Position numbers and translations under genes: made by a program. DNA of 63,441 bases, counting the filler, from Octopus bimaculoides (taxonomy: Eukaryota): assembly GCF_001194135.2 (NCBI RefSeq). It is 5 parts of 4 records of this genome, joined end to end, with 100 filler letters (N's around TTAATTAATTAA, not from the genome) between each part and the next. Parts side by side here need not be neighbours in the genome. Positions count along the whole stretch, not along the records: positions 25,354 to 41,428 come from NC_068982.1; positions 41,529 to 56,125 come from NC_068996.1; 3 more parts are not named here. The stretch is one strand, 5' to 3'. This document shows, one piece after another, positions 39,007 to 51,820 of the stretch; positions within the stretch are counted from its first letter, which is position 1, and every line of letters begins with the position of its first letter. The notes beneath the pieces were generated by a model. It saw only the letters and a program-made list of their open reading frames with translations, had not been told where the DNA came from and made no database searches.

Positions 39007-39950
39007 TTAAAGTAGTATCTCCTTGTAGACACGAGTGTCAGTAGTCATACTGTTTCCATTTCTCTCAGCCAATATTTTTACATTAGTAAGGTGGCGAGCT
39101 GGCCGAATCATTAGAACGACGGGCGAAAAGCTTAGTGGTATTTCGTTTGTCTTTATGTTCTGAGTTCAAATTCCACCGAGGTCGACTTTGCTTTTTATCC
39201 TTTCGGGGTCGATAAATTAAATACCGGTTGCGTACTGGAGTCGATCTAATCGACTGCCCCACTCCCCCAAAATTTCGGGCCCTTGTTCCTAGAGTAGAAA
39301 ATAATGTTTTTACATTAGCCTTCTTTCGGACTCTAGATAATGCAACGTATAGCTGACCATGTGAGAAGAATTGTGTCGGAAGATATATTCCAATTTGTCC
39401 AAAAGTCTGTCCCTGTGCTTTGTTGCAAGTCAAAGCAAAGCTGGCTTGACAGGAAATTGTTTGCGTGTAAATGTGAATGGAAATTCCATTTCTTGAGATA
39501 CACGTTGTATTCTTGGGACTTACAGAGTTGATCCTGCATAAGGACCAGAAGCAACCTCAGCCTCAATAACATAATCATGTAAACTGACAATGATATAGCG
39601 CGTGCCATTGCAATGTCCGTTAGTAGCATCTAAATTTCTCAGAAGCATTATGCAGCATTTTTTCTTCCATTTGAGAATGTGTGGTGGAAACCTTGTTGGT
39701 GTAAGTTTGTTGATGAATTCAATTGGGTACAGAGTTTCATTATCAACTATATCTGAGCTTCTGTATATTTTTAGCTCACCAGGGATCCTGGTCAACAGAA
39801 AATCATTCATAAATTGCGCTGCTTCATTTGTTGGAGTAACAATGGCTCTATTTGCAAGCCACACAGTGTTTGTGAAGTTATTTTTTGAAGTCAGCATATA
39901 CAGATAGATCTGAGAGAGTACCACTTTCAAAGTAAAGGTCATTGGCAAAG
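39007..39950 (-). mobile_element. Helitron PIF1-family helicase, C-terminal remnant
   Basis: RAIVTPTN...PPHILK..CIMLLRNLD..GHCNGTR...[21 protein letters not shown]...[13 protein letters not shown]. After removing the SINE it continues ANVKILAERNG...VYKEILL* (stop at 39007-39009). Confidence 0.9.
39087..39302 (+). mobile_element. SINE family A inserted in the Helitron ORF, 16-bp TSD
   Basis: AATATTTTTACATTAG at 39071-39086 and AATGTTTTTACATTAG at 39303-39318. Confidence 0.9.
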
Positions 39951-39954
39951 GTCA

Positions 39955-40221
39955 TTATACCGGTATATTAAAGAATTTTCATTTTATCAAAAATATTCAT
40001 TTAACAAACTCTGGAAACTGATAATATTCTCGAAATCGTGCATCGTATCAAAGTTATACAGCTATTTTGTGTAATAGTATGCATTTATTCAACACAAAAT
40101 CACTTAAAAATTATACCGGTATATCAAAAAAATTTCATTTATCAAAAATATTCATCTAACAAACTCTGGAAACTAATAATATTCTCGAAATTGTACATCG
40201 TATAAAAGTCATATAGCTATT
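39955..40221. repeat. Imperfect ~111-bp direct repeat, period 156
   Basis: TTATACCGGTATAT...CAAAAATATTCAT.TAACAAACTCTGGAAACT.ATAATATTCTCGAAAT...GCTATT at 39955-40066 and 40111-40221. Confidence 0.85.
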
Positions 40222-40595
40222 ATTAAATTATCATTAATGAAAATAGAGGCGAGCGAGAATGAGAGACTGATGCAAATAAAAACGTAAAATGATGCATGCA
40301 ACGAATTAATACTGTTTATAATTAAAGATTAAAATCTACTCCACAGTGAATGCAGTGGATGTTTAAATTTATGAAGAATTGAACGTAGTGAATGCAATGA
40401 ATATGCAAATTTGCGTGAATTTGGAGTTTAAAAAATTCAATAAACTTCAGAAATCAAAATTAGAAACAATTTCTTAGAACATGAATTTATAAAAATATTT
40501 CCAGACGGTCAACCCTTTCAATATTGCTTTCTTTTAGTACTTTTAGTAATTGTTACATACCTAATTAATAAGCAGCTTTCTCTATTATAGTTGTT

Positions 40596-40688
<93 letters not shown>

Positions 40689-41377
40689 AAACAGGTGATG
40701 CCTGTAATAATACAAGTCTACAATTGTTCCAGTACATTGTTGTATTTCTTTAAAGACCAAACTGAATATCTGCTGATGGACACAGAACCGTATATATAAT
40801 GTACGCATATGAATGATAAGTTAAAGTTGATAAACCGGAAGTCGCTTTATGAAAGGCGTTTGAATGAGTTGTTCTAACTGAAGAGCGTAATGAATAACGT
40901 AATCTTACACACTTAAAACCTAAATAGTGCTTCATCTGTCTTTTTACAAAAGTTAATTTCGAAACTTTCCCAAGGCTAAAAACTTTGGCCAACTACTATT
41001 TTGACCTTAATGACTTCAACTCATCTCCGTTCTTTTTCTGCATCTCTCCTACTCATCCCCTTCTCTCTCTCTTTATGGCTCTCTCTCTCGCTTTCACTCA
41101 CTCTCTTACCCTCCCTCACGCACACACACACACGCTCCTCTTCTTTCCTTCACAATAATACGTTTTTACTTCTATCAATGAAGCAATAGCTGACGTCAAT
41201 AAACTTCATTCAAATCCTGACCCTTATAGTACTACTTACTCCCATCATTTAGAACAAGACATTGAAACGCCTACACAGGATGATCATGTCCGCCTTCTCC
41301 CTTAACCAATCATCACGCGTGTATGCGTGTGCATATCCATATCTATCTATCTATCTATCTAGCTAGCTAGCTAGCTA

Positions 41378-41428
<51 letters not shown>

Positions 41429-41528
41429 NNNNNNNNNNNNNNNNNNNNNNNNNNNNNNNNNNNNNNNNNNNNTTAATTAATTAANNNNNNNNNNNNNNNN
41501 NNNNNNNNNNNNNNNNNNNNNNNNNNNN
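41429..41528. other. Synthetic assembly linker
   Basis: 44 N + TTAATTAATTAA + 44 N. Confidence 0.95.
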
Positions 41529-41574
<46 letters not shown>

Positions 41575-42572
41575 TACAAACATACATACATACATACATA
41601 CATATGTACAGACATATACATACATACATAGAATTAGTGAACTTCTCTAATCTATACAATAAATCAATAGATTGAATACACAAATCAGATTCGTTTATTT
41701 ATTAAGTTCCAAACCAGCTCAGATCCAATGCATTTATTATTATTTAGTTAAAGAATATATTGGACTACATTACATAATGTGTTCTTCCTTTCTGTGGTAG
41801 TGAGCTGTGATTTATGAGACAGCTGGCTGCTGTTTTTACAGGCTTCTTATCTGTGATACAAACTTCCTGTTGTAAAGAGATCTAAGTTAAAACTTTGCCA
41901 TTAAAATTTCATGTTAATATGTATTTCAAACCCCAGCTTAATAACAACAAGAATATCTTACTAAGTTCATTATTTTCAAAATTAATTGAAACAAAGGAAG
42001 TGTGTTTCAATAAAAAGGTTAGAGGGATCTTACTCAAAGCCTTCCACATTAATTTATGTTCCAAACATCAGCTTAATCAAGATAAATTTATACTAAATTC
42101 TTCCTTATTTTCAAAATTAATTAAAGTAAAGGCACTTTATTTTGACAAAATATAGGTAACTAAAGGGTTAAAACAACACCAAGAATCTCAATAGTTTCCT
42201 GGGATTCTGTTAGCTTTCTTTAAGAAAAAAAAATGTGATTTCAGGAAGATTTAACTGTTATTATTTTTTCATGTTATGTGAATGTTTATTCTCCACCTGT
42301 TTTTTATTCTCTCTTGGAACTTCCCTCCCTATTTTAACTAGAATGTCTGGTATTATGATGGAGGCTTTCTTGTCTTTTCTACATGAACTCCATAGCTTTC
42401 CTCAAAATTTCTTTTCAGTTTTAATTTGGTTTTAACCAAGAATATGTTCTCAAAGTATTGTGAAATTGCCTCACTAATTGCTATATAAACTCCAAATCTG
42501 ATTTGTTTAATTTGGACGATTAATTAATTATTTAATTCTGGGTGATTTTGAAGCTTTAAAATTATTTTTCAG

Positions 42573-42637
42573 AATATCATTCAAAAGCTACAGGAAATCA
42601 AAAGAAAGCAACAAGAAGAAGCTGCTCAAAAAGACAG
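42573..42637 (+). CDS. Host gene internal exon A (NIIQKLQEIKRKQQEEAAQKD-R), coiled-coil
   Basis: Acceptor ttatttttcAG and donor AG|GTAAAA. The 65-nt exon ends in phase 2 (AG), which joins the A of exon B to give Arg. Confidence 0.8.
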
Positions 42638-42904
42638 GTAAAAATATTTCATGGTGATCTGAATATTTGCTTGAGTTGTTGTTCTCATTGTCATTTTTCT
42701 GATTAATTAGCCTAATCTTTCAAGATGTAATGATTTCCCTGTATTTATATTTCCACCATGTTTTGATATGAGATTAAGCCAATCAAAACATTGCTTTTTT
42801 GTTTTATTTATTTTTTTGTAATTGTTGTTGATGTTGATGCAATTTGTGTGTTTGATAGTTGAGGTAAAACTGATGGATACATAGACAATTATGACTTTTG
42901 CTGA

Positions 42905-43300
42905 GTGTAGGATTTGAGGTGAGAGAAAGAGATCAAAAGTATTTAGTGTGTCTGTGTGTTGGTTTGGAATATGAGTAGGAGATGAAACAAGTTGGGGTAA
43001 AGAGTTGTGAATAATGAAAGATTCAGCATCTGCACTGGTTGCATCAATGTAAGAGCCATGAAGATTTATGAGCATCGAAGTTACTAAGGACAATGTCTTC
43101 AGAGAGGAGAGATGTGAGATTTATATTCTCAAAACAGGAGGAAATATAGTCAAAGAGTTGCTGGTGATTTGAGGTGTTCAGAGAACAATAGAGAGAGCGG
43201 ATATATTTGGAAGAATGAAGGAGGAAGATTGTGAACCTGGATAACTGGGTTTTCTGCATGTTTAATTCCCTTGTGCACCTACCACATATGAGGGCTGTCT
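42905..43300 (-). mobile_element. CR1/L2-group LINE APE endonuclease remnant (intronic)
   Basis: RSLYCSLNTSNHQQLFDYISS...IVLSNFDAH..WL / QLVSSPTHIP...NTFDLFLS resembles the degenerate APE motifs GDFN.H, PT.IP and LDL. Confidence 0.6.
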
Positions 43301-43964
43301 TTGCTGTTGGATTATCAGTGATCTCACTACACTTCTTGTGTGTGATTGATACAATTTTATGCCAGGGTCATTATATGACAATGACAACACAAATATCCAG
43401 AAGTTACAGTGATTGAATTAGTTTCGATAGCCATTGTATAGAGTGGAAATTGATATAAATAATGATTGTTATCATAATTATTTAATCTTTTAGCATTTAA
43501 TCTGGTTATATCCAACCCAAATATTCTACCTGTTTTTTATGTCCAAACCGGCTAGATTTGGACTCTCACACCTACCATGCAATGTCATTCTAAAAGTAAA
43601 CAACTACACCACTAAAATCTTGAAGCTACAAGATACTACATGATTAAATGACAACAATTTGAATAAATAAACAATACATTTGACAGAATACTCCGAATGC
43701 TAAAGGGTAAACATCTTGGTTTTGTTGTAGTAGTTGTTGTTTGTTAATGCAGCATGTTAGACAAGACGTTTAAAGCTTCTCATGAACACGCTCTCTCCTT
43801 TTCATCATCATTGTTGTTTTCTTTCTTCACTTTTCTCTTAGTTTGATATGTTTGTCTGACACACAGTCAAGTCAATCAATTGGTTGATTTGTCATCCTGT
43901 TGCCTTGTGTTGTTGAGACCAATTACAATGCTGCCAAACCCATAAACATAATACAAACTAAAGA

Positions 43965-44290
43965 GTAAAGGGTAAAGATCCCCTTTGGTCATGAATGACT
44001 GGGATTGCACCCAGAAAGTTCCCTACTGAGGCACCAAGTCTGGGCAAGGTTGTTTATGGAAGACAAGCAGTCACCCATGCATGCCAGCCTCCCCCCACCA
44101 CCACACTAGTGATGTTATCCAAGGGAAAGGCAAAGGTTGATTCAGTTTGGCACCAGTGACATTGTAACTCATTTCTACAGCTGAATGAAGTGGAGCAACA
44201 TGAAATAAAGTGTCTTGCTTAAGAACACAACACACAACCCAGTCTGGGAATCAAACTCACTACCTTTAACCACTGAGCCATGCACCTTCA
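43965..44290 (-). mobile_element. tRNA-derived SINE (family D)
   Basis: GGAGCAACATGAAATAAAGTGTCTTGCT.AAGAACACAAC...GGAATCAAACTC...TTAACCACTGAGCCA. Related pieces near 20720 and 56040. Confidence 0.6.
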
Positions 44291-44598
44291 CAAATTAATA
44301 GATCACATAAAGGGGTACATTCCCCCACCCTTTGTCTACTGTACATGCCTGTGTTTACATTTAGATAGACCATACCATTTGATAGATAAATGGACATAGT
44401 GCTGTAATCATGACTGAATATAAACTACTAACTTGTCACAGGTTGTTTAATATTCTGTCAGTTCACTTACTCAAAACTTTAGTCTGTCTGTATAAATTAT
44501 TTACTGTCAAACATGCTTAAATTTCTTTATAAATACATCTGTTTTTGCTCTTATATTTGTTTTACATTTGCTTTCTTCTTCCTGTTTTATTTTAATAG

Positions 44599-44870
44599 AG
44601 AACAAAAGTTGGAACAGTTGAGAGAGGAGATACAAAAGTCACAATCACAGAGCGAACTATTTTCATCAATGTTAAAGGAATGTCAGTACAAGAAACATTT
44701 GGCTAACATTGACAAATATGAGGCTGCTGTGACCAGCTTGATCACAATGGCTAATGATCTCCTTACACATGCAGAAAGCTTAGGAAATGTTACTGCAGAC
44801 GATTTTGCTAAGGGAGCCAGCATATTTGAAGAGCTACAAAACATTAACAAAATTGTAAAACAGAATGTTG
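44599..44870 (+). CDS. Host gene internal exon B, 272 nt, helical/coiled-coil (EQKLEQLREEIQKSQ...NINKIVKQNV)
   Basis: Acceptor ttttattttaatAG and donor G|GTAAGT. Frame is open, phase 2 in and phase 1 out, compatible with both neighbours. Confidence 0.9.
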
Positions 44871-45048
44871 GTAAGTAGTTTTATTCTTCTCTTCACCTTG
44901 TATCATTATCATCATCATTTTGATGTCTACTTGTCTATGCTGGCATGGGTCATACTAAACTTGTTGAAGCAAATTTTCTACAGTCAGACACCCTTCCTGT
45001 CTCTAACCCCTTCCTGTTTACAAGCAAAGTGATATTTCTCCTAGTTCT

Positions 45049-45280
45049 TATTTCTTTATTGCCCACAATGGGCTAAACATAGAGGGAACAAACAAGGACA
45101 GACAAAGGGATTAAGTCGATTACATCGACCCCAGTGCATAACTGGTACTTAACTTATCGACCCCGAAAGGATGAAAGGTAAAGTCGACCTCGGCGGAATT
45201 TGAACTCAGAACATAACGGCAGACGAAATACCACTAAGTATTTCGCCCGGCGTGCTAACGTTTCTGCTAGCTCGCCGCCT
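45049..45280 (-). mobile_element. Near-intact SINE family A with 16-bp TSD
   Basis: TATTTCTCCTAGTTCT at 45033-45048 and 45281-45296. It interrupts an older RTE-tail fragment. Confidence 0.9.
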
Positions 45281-45830
45281 TATTTCTCCTAGTTCTACAA
45301 ACACTAACACAGCAGAATGGCCAGGCAGGTTTTCATGANNNNNNNNNNNNNNNNNNNNNNNNNNNNNNNNNNNNNNNNNNNNNNNNNNNNNNNNNNNNNN
45401 NNNNNNNNNNNNNNNNNNNNNNNNNNNNNNNNNNNNNNNNNNNNNNNNNNNNNNNNNNNNNNNNNNNNNNNNNNNNNNNNNNNNNNNNNNNNNNNNNNNN
45501 NNNNNNNNNNNNNNNNNNNNNNNNNNNNNNNNNNNNNNNNNNNNNNNNNNNNNNNNNNNNNNNNNNNNNNNNNNNNNNNNNNNNNNNNNNNNNNNNNNNN
45601 NNNNNNNNNNNNNNNNNNNNNNNNNNNNNNNNNNNNNNNNNNNNNNNNNNNNNNNNNNNNNNNNNNNNNNNNNNNNNNNNNNNNNNNNNNNNNNNNNNNN
45701 NNNNNNNNNNNNNNNNNNNNNNNNNNNNNNNNNNNNNNNNNNNNNNNNNNNNNNNNNNNNNNNNNNNNNNNNNNNNNNNNNNNNNNNNNNNNNNNNNNNN
45801 NNNNNNNNNNNNNNNNTCTCTCTCTCTCTT

Positions 45831-45861
<31 letters not shown>

Positions 45862-45866
45862 TTCTA

Positions 45867-45908
<42 letters not shown>

Positions 45909-46625
45909 CGTGTATATACAGTTATTAGTTTTGCTGGCAACAAAGGGATTTTGTCACAGAGTGATGGGCTGATTGTATGATGTTTGTGCATGGAGTGCAA
46001 TGTTGCATGCCATTGAAACTTGGCCTGTTCCAATAGATGTGCAATACAAACATTTGATTTGCATCAACAAAGGAACACAAATGAACCAGTTGCCATGTTA
46101 AAGAGAGAAGTCTGTGTTGGTGTGGACATATGATGTGTATAGAGGATGATAAATGGGTAAAGAAGTGCCAAGAGTTTGTGAGTGGAAGAACCCCATGGAG
46201 GAGGGAAAGTTTGGCAGAAGTGGTGAAATCCGACCTCAGTTGACTGAGCTTTGCAATGAAGATGACAAAAGACCACAGCAGGTGCCAAGATACTGTACTG
46301 GAGAAGAACCATCCAATCCATGTTATTGGTAGTCCATCGGTGTCTGACAATGACAAAGACTGTGTTCTCAGTAATGAGAGCACATGTGACTCTGCAGTCC
46401 AGAGCTGAAAGCACTCAGGCGCTTGCAGGTGTTGCAACAATAGTCAGTTGTCTGGATTTAGGCAGACACTGCCCTGAGACATCTGTCTCTTGCAGCAGCA
46501 AGACACTGCTGCCAATCCTCTTCAAAGGCAGCTGCTGCTTGTGAGATGAGATACCTCCATACTGATCTGTCTGTGGCAGATGCTTCAAGTTCCAATCCAT
46601 ATATGCATGGAAAATTGGACATAAA

Positions 46626-48756
46626 GTGACTTGTCAGCAGCAGAGGTTTCACGTTCCACTCCAGAAAATCATGATGTCATAGGAGAGAAATGTGTCTGTA
46701 TGGATGATAGTGCACTTGCATGTAATGATTCTGCAAAGAAAGAGGCTAGGAAATGCCATTATGAAGGACTGCCGAATGTAGAGAATAAGTGGGAGGAGGA
46801 GAGTTTGCCAAATGTTGACCCAATTGAGGGACCAGCTACTCAAATCGACAGCTCCATGGTAGATAAAGCAATTAAGGATATGAAGACAAGAAAAGCCCCC
46901 GGCCCATCCGTAATCTCTGCTGAGATGCTTAAAATATCTGGTGGTGTCGGTTATGGTCTAGTCACCCGTGTTGTAAATCAGGTGGTTCATGAAGGAGTCA
47001 TACCCAATGACAGGTGTAGCAGCACTATAGTCAACTGCTACAACGGTAAAGGTGATGCCTTAGATAGAAATAATTACAGAGGTATCAAATTGTTGGATCA
47101 GGTGACGAAAGTTACGGAGGGAGTCATAGCCCAACTAATTAGGGGGAAAGTTAGCTTAGATGAGATACAGTATGGTTTTGTGCCAGGGAAAAGCACCACT
47201 GAGACAGCTGCAGGAGAAATATATAACCGAAGATAAACTTCTGTACTTGGCCTTTGTTGACTTGGAGAAAGCCTTTGACAGAGTCCCCTGGCCCCTTATC
47301 TGGTGGTTAATGTGGAAACTAGAGATAGACAAGTGGTTGGTGAGAGCTGTACAAGCCATGTACAGAGATGCTACCAGTAAGGTGAGGGTTGGCAATGAGT
47401 ACAATGAAGAATTCAGGGTACAAGTAGGGGTTCACCAAGGAGCAGTGTTCATCCCCCTCTTGTTCATCATAGTCTTCCAGGCAATACCAGAGGAATTCAA
47501 GACAGGCTGCCCCTGGGAGCTCCTCTATGCTGATGACCTTGCTCTTATAGCTGAATCACTACCTGAACTATAGGCCTTAGAGTTAACCTAGCAAAAACCA
47601 AAGTCTTAGTAAGTAGGAAGGCAGACAGATCACAAATCCCTTCAAATAGATGGCCCTGCTCGATCTGTAAGAAAGGCATCGATAGAAACTCTGTAAGATG
47701 CACCCAGTGTAAGCTTTGAACACATAAAAGGTGCAACAATATGAGAAGAAGGTTAACAGGGAAACTAGTTTTTGTATGTGGAAGATGCACAGGTACAATA
47801 AACACTGAAAATGGGCAGAAAATAAGCTCCATCAACTGCCAGTGGGGAAAGGCTAGAGGTAGTAGATAGCTTCTGTTATCTAGGTAATGAAGTTAGTAGT
47901 GGAGGTAGATGCTCCAAAAGTGTAGCTATGAGAATAAGATTAGGGTGGGCAAAGTTCAGAGAGCTTCTACCCCTGCTGACAACAAAGGGTCTCTCTCTCA
48001 GAGTGAAAAGCAGATAGTTTGACGCCTGTGTGCGAACAGATATGCTGCATGGCAGTGAAACATGGGTTGTGACAGCCAAGGACATGTGTAGGCTTGAAAG
48101 AAATGAAGCTGGTATGCTTCGCTGGCTGTGCAGTGTCAGTGTGCATGTTGAGCAGAGTGTAAGCATCTTGAGAGAAAAGTTAGGCATAAGAGGCATCAGA
48201 TGTGGTGTGCAAGAGAGACGACTGTGATGCATATGGACAAGGACAGCTGTGTAAAGAAGTGCTGATCTCTAACTGTGGAGGGAATCTGTGATAGAGGTAG
48301 ACCCAGGAAGACATGGAACAAGGTGGTGAAGCATGATTTCGAACTTTGAGTCTCATAGAGGCAATGTCTAGTGACCAAGACCTTTTGCAATGCGCTGTGC
48401 TTGTCAAGAGGACTTGTCAAGCCAAGTGCACCCATGCTGGTGAACACCTTTTGAGTGTTGGGCTTCACAGAGGCAATGATCAAGACCTTTGGCATTATGT
48501 TGTGCTTGAGAACATAATGCCATACAAAATCACAATCTTGGTAAATACTGGTGTCACACAAATTGGCACCCATGTTGGTGGCACATAAAAGCACCTCGGT
48601 GTCACACAGAGTGGTTGGCATTAAGAAGGGCATCCAGCCATAGAAAACCATGCCAAATCAGACCAGAGCCTGGTACAGCCTTCCAGCGTGTCAGCCCAGT
48701 CAAACTGTCCAACCCGTACCTGCATGGACAATAGACATTAAATGATGATGATGATG
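46626..48756 (+). mobile_element. 5'-truncated RTE LINE (RT pseudogene) with 3' UTR, (GAT)n tail and 25-bp TSD
   Basis: KAPGPS, NYRGIKLL, QYGFVPGKST, FVDLEKAFDRV, GVHQG, LLYADDL, HGSETW and GRPRKTW motifs, with frameshifts and stops. ATATGCATGGAAAATTGGACATAAA at 46601-46625 and 48757-48781. Confidence 0.95.
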
Positions 48757-49019
48757 ATATGCATGGAAAATTGGACATAAACTGATAATGATGATAGTGA
48801 TGGCAATAGTGTTGATAGTGGTAACACTGTTGTAGATGACAACATCCATAGCAGTAGCTCAACATGTTCCTGTCTGTGATTATGTATATCTTTTTCTGTT
48901 CTATTTATAGACCAATGGTTCTGAACCATTTTTTCCCCTCTGGAATCCTTTGGTTCCTGTTTTACTCTGCTGGACACCCTTAATTCAATATTAAAAAAAA
49001 GCCTTATTGTATTTTTATA

Positions 49020-49440
49020 ATTAAATACTAATAGGGATCATCATCATCATTGTTTAACGTCTGCCTTCCATGCTGGCATGGGTTGGACGGTTTGATAGGA
49101 GCTGGTCAAGCAGAAGCCTGCACCAGACTTCTTTGACTGTTTTGGCAGGATTTTTACAGATGGATGCCCTTCCTAACACCAACCTCTCAGTAGTGTAGAC
49201 CTAGTGCTTTTTACATGGTACAAGCACAGGTGAAGTTAGTTTTGGCAAAGTTTTTCAGCTGGACGCCCTTCTGAACACCAATCATTTTACAGTGTAGATT
49301 GGATGCTTTTAAGTGGCACCTGCACTGACAGGGTCACCAAATAACCTGCAAGACAAAAATCTTTTGGGAGGGGAAGAGGCATTGGATCTTGTGTCAGATG
49401 ATGAAAGGTTAGAGTGAGACAGAAACAGGTGTCTTGCTGT
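49020..49440 (-). mobile_element. RTE-tail SINE / 3' UTR fragment
   Basis: (CAT)n TGTTTAACGTCTGCCTTCCATGCTGGCATGGGTTGGACGG...GGATGCCCTTCCTAAC. Confidence 0.75.
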
Positions 49441-49644
49441 AGAAGAGGTACAAGGTTACCCAGCTGGGGAGAGAGAGAGATCAGGAATGAAGACAGAAAC
49501 AAGTGTTTATTGCACATAAATTTCAACAATAAAATCTTATATGGGCGTGCTAGGCCACATGGACCCCTGTTGAGAACTACTGTTGTAGACAGTGGACATT
49601 AAAACTAACAATGAGCTTATTTAAAGCGTTTCTAATCCATTTAG

Positions 49645-49712
49645 ATGCAGCAAACCAAAAAGGAAAAGATGAGGAAAAACCATTAACTGATCAAAAACCG
49701 GTGGATCCCACA
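49645..49712 (+). CDS. Host gene internal exon C (D-AANQKGKDEEKPLTDQKPVDPT)
   Basis: Acceptor tttctaatccatttAG and donor ACA|GTAAGT. 68 nt; G+AT gives Asp with exon B; phase 0 out. Confidence 0.85.
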
Positions 49713-49904
49713 GTAAGTCCATACCCATGCTATTTCTGTTATGCAGTTCATGTATCGTAATCTCATTATTTAACATAGTCCTTTGTTGTTAGCACTGGCA
49801 GTGGTAATGGTATTGTTGTTTAGGAGAGCAGTGTTTGACAAGAAGTAAAATATTATTAGTACCAGTGCAGGACCTGTTGATTTATGCCAGATCAAACTAC
49901 ATAT

Positions 49905-49944
<40 letters not shown>

Positions 49945-51479
49945 TGTAAATCCCAAAAATAACAACAAAAACACAAAGGATTCTGCGGTACACGTGTTTC
50001 AAGCTTTATATCAGTGTATAATTTACAATACAAAGCTATCTTCAGCCGCAAAAGTATTTCTCTCCCAGGAAATTATATCACATCGGCGTTAAAGGAGGAA
50101 GAAAGGTGCGATATAAGAGGTGAAGTTCCTTTCGGTATTTTGCNNNNNNNNNNNNNNNNNNNNNNNNNNNNNNNNNNNNNNNNNNNNNNNNNNNNNNNNN
50201 NNNNNNNNNNNNNNNNNNNNNNNNNNNNNNNNNNNNNNNNNNNNNNNNNNNNNNNNNNNNNNNNNNNNNNNNNNNNNNNNNNNNNNNNNNNNNNNNNNNN
50301 NNNNNNNNNNNNNNNNNNNNNNNNNNNNNNNNNNNNNNNNNNNNNNNNNNNNNNNNNNNNNNNNNNNNNNNNNNNNNNNNNNNNNNNNNNNNNNNNNNNN
50401 NNNNNNNNNNNNNNNNNNNNNNNNNNNNNNNNNNNNNNNNNNNNNNNNNNNNNNNNNNNNNNNNNNNNNNNNNNNNNNNNNNNNNNNNNNNNNNNNNNNN
50501 NNNNNNNNNNNNNNNNNNNNNNNNNNNNNNNNNNNNNNNNNNNNNNNNNNNNNNNNNNNNNNNNNNNNNNNNNNNNNNNNNNNNNNNNNNNNNNNNNNNN
50601 NNNNNNNNNNNNNNNNNNNNNNNNNNNNNNNNNNNNNNNNNNNNNNNNNNNNNNNNNNNNNNNNNNNNNNNNNNNNNNNNNNNNNNNNNNNNNNNNNNNN
50701 NNNNNNNNNNNNNNNNNNNNNNNNNNNNNNNNNNNNNNNNNNNNNNNNNNNNNNNNNNNNNNNNNNNNNNNNNNNNNNNNNNNNNNNNNNNNNNNNNNNN
50801 NNNNNNNNNNNNNNNNNNNNNNNNNNNNNNNNNNNNNNNNNNNNNNNNNNNNNNNNNNNNNNNNNNNNNNNNNNNNNNNNNNNNNNNNNNNNNNNNNNNN
50901 NNNNNNNNNNNNNNNNNNNNNNNNNNNNNNNNNNNNNNNNNNNNNNNNNNNNNNNNNNNNNNNNNNNNNNNNNNNNNNNNNNNNNNNNNNNNNNNNNNNN
51001 NNNNNNNNNNNNNNNNNNNNNNNNNNNNNNNNNNNNNNNNNNNNNNNNNNNNNNNNNNNNNNNNNNNNNNNNNNNNNNNNNNNNNNNNNNNNNNNNNNNN
51101 NNNNNNNNNNNNNNAGCAGTGCATGTGAGTTGTCTAGATTACTTGTGTATTGCAAGTCTGAGATAACTAGTTTATTTGGGAGGTGGGGTGTAATTTCCAG
51201 GTTTTAAGGGTATTACAAAAGGCCTGGTTGGACGCCCAACCTTCCAAGTTCTTTTATAGGGCTTAGAAAAGCTAAACGACCGCTGCAATAAGTGTGTGAT
51301 TCTGAGAAGGGAATATGTTGAATAAAATCATAATTAGCTAATCCACCTGTATTTTCTTTTACCCAAAACCAGGAACTTTTCAGTCCCCCCCACACACACA
51401 CACACACCACCACCATCCAATCTTGTATGTGAAGGTCTATTCCAACAGTTTTCAAACTGACAAATACCGAAGACCCCAC

Positions 51480-51820
51480 TGCCTCCATCCACAAAAACAA
51501 AATAGTAGACCTGGGAAGATGCGGGATGAAGTGAGGAAACATGATCTTCAGATGCTGAGTCTCACAGAGCCAGTGACCAAGACTTTTGGCAATTTGTTGT
51601 GTTTGAGAAGACATGTCAAGCTAAGTGAAATCATAGTCATGATCAGTGCCGGTGACTGTAAAAGGCACCCAGTACACTCTGTAGAGTGGTTGGCATTAGA
51701 AAGGGCATCCAGCTGAAGGAACCGATCTAAAACTGGTGCAGTTCTCTGGCCTACTAGTTCCAGTCAAATCATCTTACCCATGCCAGCATGGAAAACAGAT
51801 GCTAAATGATGATGATGACG
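51480..51820 (+). mobile_element. RTE 3' end fragment
   Basis: RPGKMRDEVRKHDLQMLSL followed by the RTE 3' UTR and (GAT)n. Confidence 0.7.

Noticed and set aside
41191-41198. CRE palindrome TGACGTCA and a nearby CCAAT
   Set aside because: A single short motif is expected by chance, with no linked transcription start.
51120-51400. Possible L1 endonuclease end (IQHIPFSESH)
   Set aside because: Only one partial motif next to a gap.
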